DNA from: the human T2T-CHM13v2.0 reference genome, Homo sapiens | Assembly (NCBI RefSeq): GCF_009914755.1 | Contig: NC_060931.1 | Reading direction: 5' to 3' (one strand) | DNA: 64,000 nt | In this document: in pieces, positions 56,817 to 64,000 of the stretch | Layout of the letters: each line of letters begins with the position of its first letter | Position numbering within the stretch: position 1 is the first letter of the stretch | Made by a program: the position numbers and the translations under genes | Notes under the pieces: generated by a model | Seen by the model: the letters and a program-made list of their open reading frames with translations, nothing else | The model's database searches: none | Told to the model about the DNA's origin: nothing

Positions 56817-57430
56817 CATGACTGGCAATTGAGGGGTGGGTTCCAGGGCACTATGCCCCATGGCTGGCAATTGAGGGGCAAGCTAGGGGGTGCTATGCCC
56901 CATGGCTGGCAATTGAGGGGCGAGTTAGGGGGTGCTATGCCCCATGGCTGGCAATTGAGGGGCAAGCTAGGGGGTGCTATGCCCCATGGCTGGCAATTGA
57001 GGGGCAAGCTAGGGGGTGCTATGCCCCATGGCTGGCAATTGAGGGGCAAGCTAGGGGGTGCTATGCCCCATGGCTGGCAATTGAGGGGCAAGCTAGGGGG
57101 TGCTATGCCCCATGGCTGGCAATTGAGGGGCGAGTTAGGGGGTGCTATGCCCCATGGCTGGCAATTGAGGGGCAAGCTAGGGGGTGCTATGCCCCATGGC
57201 TGGCAATTGAGGGGCGAGTTAGGGGGTGCTATGCCCCATGGCTGGCAATTGAGGGGCAAGCTAGGGGGTGCTATGCCCCATGGCTGGCAATTGAGGGGCA
57301 AGCTAGGGGGTGCTATGCCCCATGGCTGGCAATTGAGGGGTGAGTTAGGGGGTGCTATGCCCCATGGCTGGCAATTGAGGGGCAAGCTAGGGGGGTGCTA
57401 TGCCCCATGACTGGCAATGGAGGGGTGGGT
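56817..57430. repeat. 42-bp G-rich minisatellite (VNTR): 13 full copies plus partial flanking copies
   Basis: Unit ctatgccccatggctggcaattgagggg(caagct/cgagtt)agggggtg every 42 nt from 56851. Confidence 0.97.
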
Positions 57431-58183
57431 TGGGGAGAGCTACCCCACACACTGTTATTTCAAGACTCAAGCTAATGGAGGCTCTGCCATCATCAATGTG
57501 TGGCTTCTAAGGTTTCCCAGGGGGTCAACATCTACCTGGAAACTGGGAAAGAGTAAAAGGATTGCCCAAGACAATCCCATTTACAATAGCTACAAATAAA
57601 ACAGAATACCTAGGAATATATTTAACCAAGGAGGTGAAAGATTGCTACAAGGAAAACTACCAAACACTGATGAAAGAAATTGCAGATGACACAAACAAAT
57701 GGAAAAACATCCCATGCTCATGGATGTTAAGATCAATATTGTTAAAAAAACCATACTGCCCAAGCAATCTACAGATTCATTATAATCTCTATCAAAATAC
57801 CAATGTCATTTTTCACAGACTTAGAAAAAAAAATCCTAAAAGTTATATAGAACCACCAAAGAACATGAACAGCCAAAGCAATCCTAAGCAAAAAGAACAA
57901 AGCTGGAGGCATTACATTACCTGACTTCAAATTATACTACAAGGCTATAGTTACCAAAACAGCATGGTACTGGTACAAAAACAGACACATAGATCAATGG
58001 AACAGAATAGAGAACTCAGAAATAAAGCTGTACATCTATAGCCAACTGTTCACAAAGGCAACAAAAACATACACTGGGGAAAGAATACTCTTTTCAATAA
58101 ATGGTGCTGGGAAAATCGGATTGTCATATGCAGAAAAAAGAAACTGGACCCCTATCTCTCACGACATACAAAAATCAACTCAA

Positions 58184-58462
<279 letters not shown>

Positions 58463-58804
58463 TCAAGATGGATTAAAGACTTACATGTAAGACCTGAAAC
58501 TAAAAATACTAGAAGAAAACCCAGGGAAAACTCTTCTACACATTGGTCTAGGAAAAGAATTCATGCCTAAGATCTCAAATGCAGAAACAACTAAAGCAAA
58601 AATAGACAAATGGGACTTAATTAAACTAAAAAGCTTCTGTACAGCAAAAGAAATCGTCAACAGAGTAAAGAGATAACCTGCAGAATGGTAGAAAATATTT
58701 GCAAACAATGCATCCAACCAGGGACTGATATCCAGAATTTACAAGGAATTCAAACAACTCAACAACAACAACAAAAATAAGCCCATTAAAAAAGTGAGCA
58801 AAGG

Positions 58805-59565
58805 CACCATCACTGGCCATCAGAGAAATGCAAATCAAAACCACAATGAGATACCATCTCACACCAGTTAGAATGGCGATCATTAAAAAGTCAGGAAACA
58901 ACAGGTGCTGGAGAGGATGTAGAGAAATAGGAACACTTTTACACTGTTGGTGGGACTGTAAACTAGTTTAACCCTTGTGAAAGTCTGTGGCGATTCCTCA
59001 GGGATCTAGAACTAGAAACACCATTTGACCCAGCCATCCCATTACTGGGTATATACCCAAAGGACTATAAATCATGCTGCTATAAAGACACATGCACATG
59101 TATGTTTATTGTGGCACTATTCACAATAGTAAAGACTTGGAACCAACCCAAATGTCCAACAATGATAGACTGGATTAAGAAAATGTGGCACATATACACC
59201 ATGGAATACTATGCAGCCATAAGAAATGATGAGTTCATGTCCTTTGTAGGGACACGGATGAAATTGGAAATCATCATTCTCAGCAAACTATCGCAAGAAC
59301 AAAAAACCAAACACCACATATGCTCACTCATAGGTGGGAATTGAACAATGAGAACACATGGACACAGCAAGGGGAACATCACACTCTGGGGACTGTTGTG
59401 GGGTGTGGGTAGGGGGGAGGGATAGCTTTAGGAGATATACCTAATGCTAAATGACGAGTTAATGGGTGCAGCACACCAGCATGGCACATGTATACATATG
59501 TAACTAACCTGCACATTGTACACATGTACCCTAAAACTTAAAGTATAATAATAATAAAATAAAAT
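58805..59565 (+). mobile_element. 5'-truncated young L1PA (L1PA3-like)
   Basis: 3'UTR gatagctttaggagatatacctaatgctaaatgacgag; perfect 15-bp TSD aaaagtgagcaaagg. Confidence 0.9.
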
Positions 59566-59771
59566 AAAAGTGAGCAAAGGACAAAAATAGGCATTTTTCA
59601 AAAGAAGTTATACAAATGGCCAACTAGCATATGAAAAAATGCTCATCACTAATCAGAGAAATGTAAATTAAAATCACAATTAGATACCATCTTATACCAG
59701 TCAGAATGGCTGTTGCTTAAAAGACAAAAATAACAAATGTTGGCAAGGATATGGAAAAAAGAGAACACTTA

Positions 59772-60218
<447 letters not shown>

Positions 60219-63200
60219 TCAAAAAGTTACCTGCACTCGTATGTTTACAGCAGCATTATTCACAATAGCAAAGACGTGGAGTGAACCTAAGTATCCATCA
60301 ACAGAGGAGAGGATTAGACAATGCGGTGTATATATATGGAGGTCATTATCTTAAGGAAAACAACTCAGAGGCCAAATACCACATGTTCTCACTCATATGT
60401 GGGAACTAGAGAAAGTGTCCACGTGGTAGCGAGAGTGCAATGATAGACACTGGAGCCTCGGAAGGGCGGGGGCAGGAGGGAGGTGGATGATTTAAACACG
60501 ACTTAATGGCTTCTTTGTACACTATTTGGATGATGGTTCCACTAACAGCCCAGTCTTCACCACTATGCAATATATGCATGTACCAACACTGCACCTGTAC
60601 ACCACACATTTATACCATTTTTTAAAAAAAAAGATTGCCCAAGAGAAGTGTCCCTGGCCAGGCCAGCAGCAGCCCACATCACTCCCTCTCAGACCCCACT
60701 GGTGAGGACTCAGGTGGCCTCACCTAGCTGAAAGGGGCCCTGGGAAACGGAGCCTCGCTGTGTGCCCAGAAGAGGCTCTGAGCTCCGTGCCTGGCTGGGA
60801 AACTCCACCACCCCTTCTCATTATCTGTACACTTTAATAGCTACCAGGCCTTTCAAGGGAAGGGGCGTCACTTAGACAGCAGTTAAACAGTAAAAAGGAG
60901 CTCACTCTGGGCACTGAGACCTCACCTGTGCCCTTTGCCATCACAGGTCATTGTGAGCCAATCACTGAATCATTAGTGAGAAGTGGCCGGTTTCAAGTTC
61001 TCAGTCTGGGTCATGAGCGTTAAGAAGGAAGGACAACGCCAAATCATAACTGGTCAAATTGGGTTTGCCACTGTAGGTCCAGGAGTTAGGTGAGGACAGT
61101 GCAAAATGGCAAAGCCCCTGGGAAAGTGCCTGAGCAGCTCCGATATGGGAAAAGGGCATGGACGTCTTCGTGAGCCTCTAGAAAGCGCTACGCTTGGTGC
61201 TGTTAATAGGTGTTTTACCTACTGTTACCTCATTTCGTACTCATAACCGCCCCCCTCCATGAATATGCCCACACTAGGACTGAGGAATCTTAGGTTAGAA
61301 AAGTCCCAGAATCCTCAAAAGAACAAGACACAGTCCTTGCTTTCCAGGCCCCAACACTCGAGTGAAGGGGTTGCAGCTGACATGTGTGAGCTGGGCACAT
61401 AAATCACAGGCCTGAGTGCCAAGGCCCCCACAGCCAGGTCCACTGGTGATGGTCACCCACTGCCTGACTGGTTTAACGAGCACTGAGACAACAACCCATT
61501 CCTGCAGAATTCTGGTAACTTTGCAATGGAGGCCTAAGCACTATGGCCAGCCTGTCCGGTCCACTCAATCCCTTCACAGCTGAGACCCCTGTGGTTCTCT
61601 GACCGGCGTCCACCTAAGGCTCGCCTGGCAGAGGCACCTGCTTTGGAGGACTCCTAAGAGGAGTGTCATACCATTTCTGAAAACCGCACCCCAGGACACC
61701 TCCTTACTGTCACATTTAACCTCTGATGGTAAACCCCCAAATTTGAAGAGCAAATACAACCCTAACTCTCTGCTTAGTTATTGGAAGTCCCTATTCAAAA
61801 AAAACAAAAAAAAAACAAAAAACCCTCTACCAAAAGGAGAAGAAACTCAGCACCCAATCTTAAATTTCTATACTGGCTCTTTCGCATTTCTCTGACACAT
61901 GCCAGCTTAAACCCAAACTGAATGCAAAACTCACATTTTGCAAACTAAAACTACTGAAAAGATAACCTGCCCACCTCCTCCTCAGACAGGCCGCCTCCTT
62001 TCCCTTGGGTCTCTAGCCCATTTCTCCTCCTTTAGGATTCCTTTGGGCTTTGCATTCTCTTCCCAGGACCAAAAGAGTCCCCTGTAAACCTACTATCCTT
62101 TCTTTTCTGTTTTTTTTTATAACTAGTGAGGGCACAAATGGTTAAAGCAACGCGCTGACAGGAAGCCAGCACCCAATTCAAGGACAGCCTCTTGCAAGGG
62201 CCTGGCCCACCCATCATCCCTGACTCTGAACAGTGCTCTCTGTTCAGCAGTGCTGATAGTGAAATTAATTATCTTCCAGCCCAGCCGAGAAGCTGGGGTT
62301 GCCACATGGATGTGTCTCCAGTCACTTACCACACAGGGACTTACTCATCACAAGTGCTAAGGGTCTTGAAAGGATGCACATTCCTGAGCAATATTTGTTC
62401 CTATGCTCATTTGATTTTGGAAAAACCAGGCTTCCCCCCCCGGAAGAAAGGTAAGTGAGAGAAAGAAGAGCAAGCTTTTGCTAAAATAAATGGGAGGAAG
62501 AATCCAATTCAGCTTTTCCTCGTTTCACGGTTTACTCTCTGCTTTCCATTAGGGAGTTGAAGAGGGACTGCCCCTTCACCTGTTTGTCTCTGTGACCTCA
62601 GACAAATCCAGTTGACGACGACAAAGCACCTTCTTTGTCCTTATCATCAGTTAATTTAAAGGGTGCATGTTTACTAACAGCTTAATCTATTTGGTGCAAA
62701 CACTCTTTCACATTCTTTTCCTCCATCAAAAACAAAACCCCAAAACCTTCCAAAAACTCACATGGAAACTTCCCAAGTCTGAAGTCGGCCTGGATGGCAG
62801 CATCATAGCTACAGAAATCTTAGCCGCTCAACCATGTCTCAGTCGGTTCATGAGCCTTCCTTTCCCCGTGAAATGTCAGGACCAGAAGCTCGCATTTTGA
62901 GTGGCTAGTCTCAACTTTTACAACTCTGCACACTGCAAACACTGAAGTAGCAATGAGAGCTCCCTTTGACCCAAAGAAACTCCTTCCTCTGAGAATCAAC
63001 CGAGAGGAAATCAACTTTTATGTTTCACACACACAAAAGTTGACAATAAACTTAATTAGACTTGGTATCTTAAATAAGCCAACAACTGCTGGTAACTTCA
63101 CAAACAGAATGAACCAAGTTTACTTTCCTTGAGTTATTACCTAGCTGTATCAGGAAACATTTGTTTCTACCAAAGTAATCACTTGCATGGGAGTTTTAAC

Positions 63201-63588
63201 ATCAGTTGCAAGAGAAGTATGGCATAATTTTAATACTGTACTTGCTTGTATTTTATTTTAAATACAGAGTAATATTTCAAATTGAATTTAACTATAAAAC
63301 TTCCATAAAATAAAAATGCATGATCTCATAAAATCAAATCAGTCTTTAATTGTAATAATAAAAATTACATTTAAGTAATGGTGTCTCTGAGTTAATAGCT
63401 CCATAAAATCGCCCCTGAAAAGCCAATCTTTGCTACCTGAGTGACTCTTTCTTTAACATTCTGCAATTAAAAGACAAAGTTCTGCCATGACTCACGATGT
63501 GTCTGCCGTGGAACTCCTATTGGGAGTGAATTTCCAACTGAGCTCGCCAGTGAGTAGTGAAGGGAATGTCGGAGCAAAGGCGCATTAC

Positions 63589-63622
63589 CTGGGCCCAGAA
63601 GATTCCACTCTCCACGTTTTAA
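63589..63622 (-). other. Candidate 34-nt exon
   Basis: Acceptor gttgccctttttctgtggtttgtag|, donor CAG|GTAATG; reads LKRGEWNLLGP in phase 0. Confidence 0.3.
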
Positions 63623-64000
63623 CTACAAACCACAGAAAAAGGGCAACATGAAACCAGGAAACTTTTTAAGAAAATTCTAAAATAGCTGCCATCTAGAGAT
63701 AAAGTAATTTTTTTTTCCAGTGCACACCAGGAATAACATTTCCCCAGTGTTATACACCATTACTACTCATTTGTGGATTGGGGGATTTATAAGGATGATG
63801 TCCATTTTTTTAATGCATCTTGAAGTAAGGCAAGAGGAGATTCCACCTTACAAATGCATTTTATTTCTAAGAAAGGCTTCGTCTGTTCCTTTACATCTTC
63901 CAGGTAACAGACATCAAGAAACACAGCACCGCGGACTTAGCACCCAGGCACACGTTCGCATGTTCCTATTTATTTCACATGTGCTGACCTCCTATCCTGA

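Noticed and set aside
56802-57410. PHGWQ repeat as a prion-protein octarepeat homologue
   Set aside because: Different period (14 aa), no signal peptide or globular domain, and it arises from a VNTR inside an LTR; the resemblance is coincidental
62324-62456. Consensus donors (AAG|GTAAGT on + at 62450/62451; GTG|GTAAGT on - near 62329)
   Set aside because: No convincing paired acceptor or reading frame; isolated matches are expected by chance

Overview
Hominoid (human or great-ape-like) nuclear DNA, intronic or intergenic in character. It is dominated by interspersed repeats: about 20 Alu copies (AluJ/S/Y, most with visible target-site duplications), L1 remnants from L1M to L1PA3-like, THE1/MLT1 MaLR elements, MER11 and MER66-like LTRs, a Tigger-derived MER47-like transposon, MIR and L2. 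It also holds two minisatellites (40 bp x ~10; 42 bp x ~14), a 68-bp triplication and several microsatellites. I recognise no known protein-coding gene. Nearly all ORFs in the track are Alu-, L1-, LTR- or VNTR-derived, or chance ORFs. The best gene-like signal is a set of minus-strand candidate exons (63589-63622, 20902-20937, 9347-9525 and a terminal exon from 6022 to ~5315) plus one well-bounded plus-strand non-coding exon (26651-26864). The most striking structural items are a 48-bp-arm fold-back that ends a MER11 LTR, a nested MLT1>L1>(Alu, L1PA, Alu) stack with all TSDs intact, an inverted Alu pair 33 bp apart, and VNTRs with stop-free reading frames. I found no evidence of a new multi-gene biological system. 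Repeat subfamily names come from recalled consensus features, not from a RepeatMasker run.
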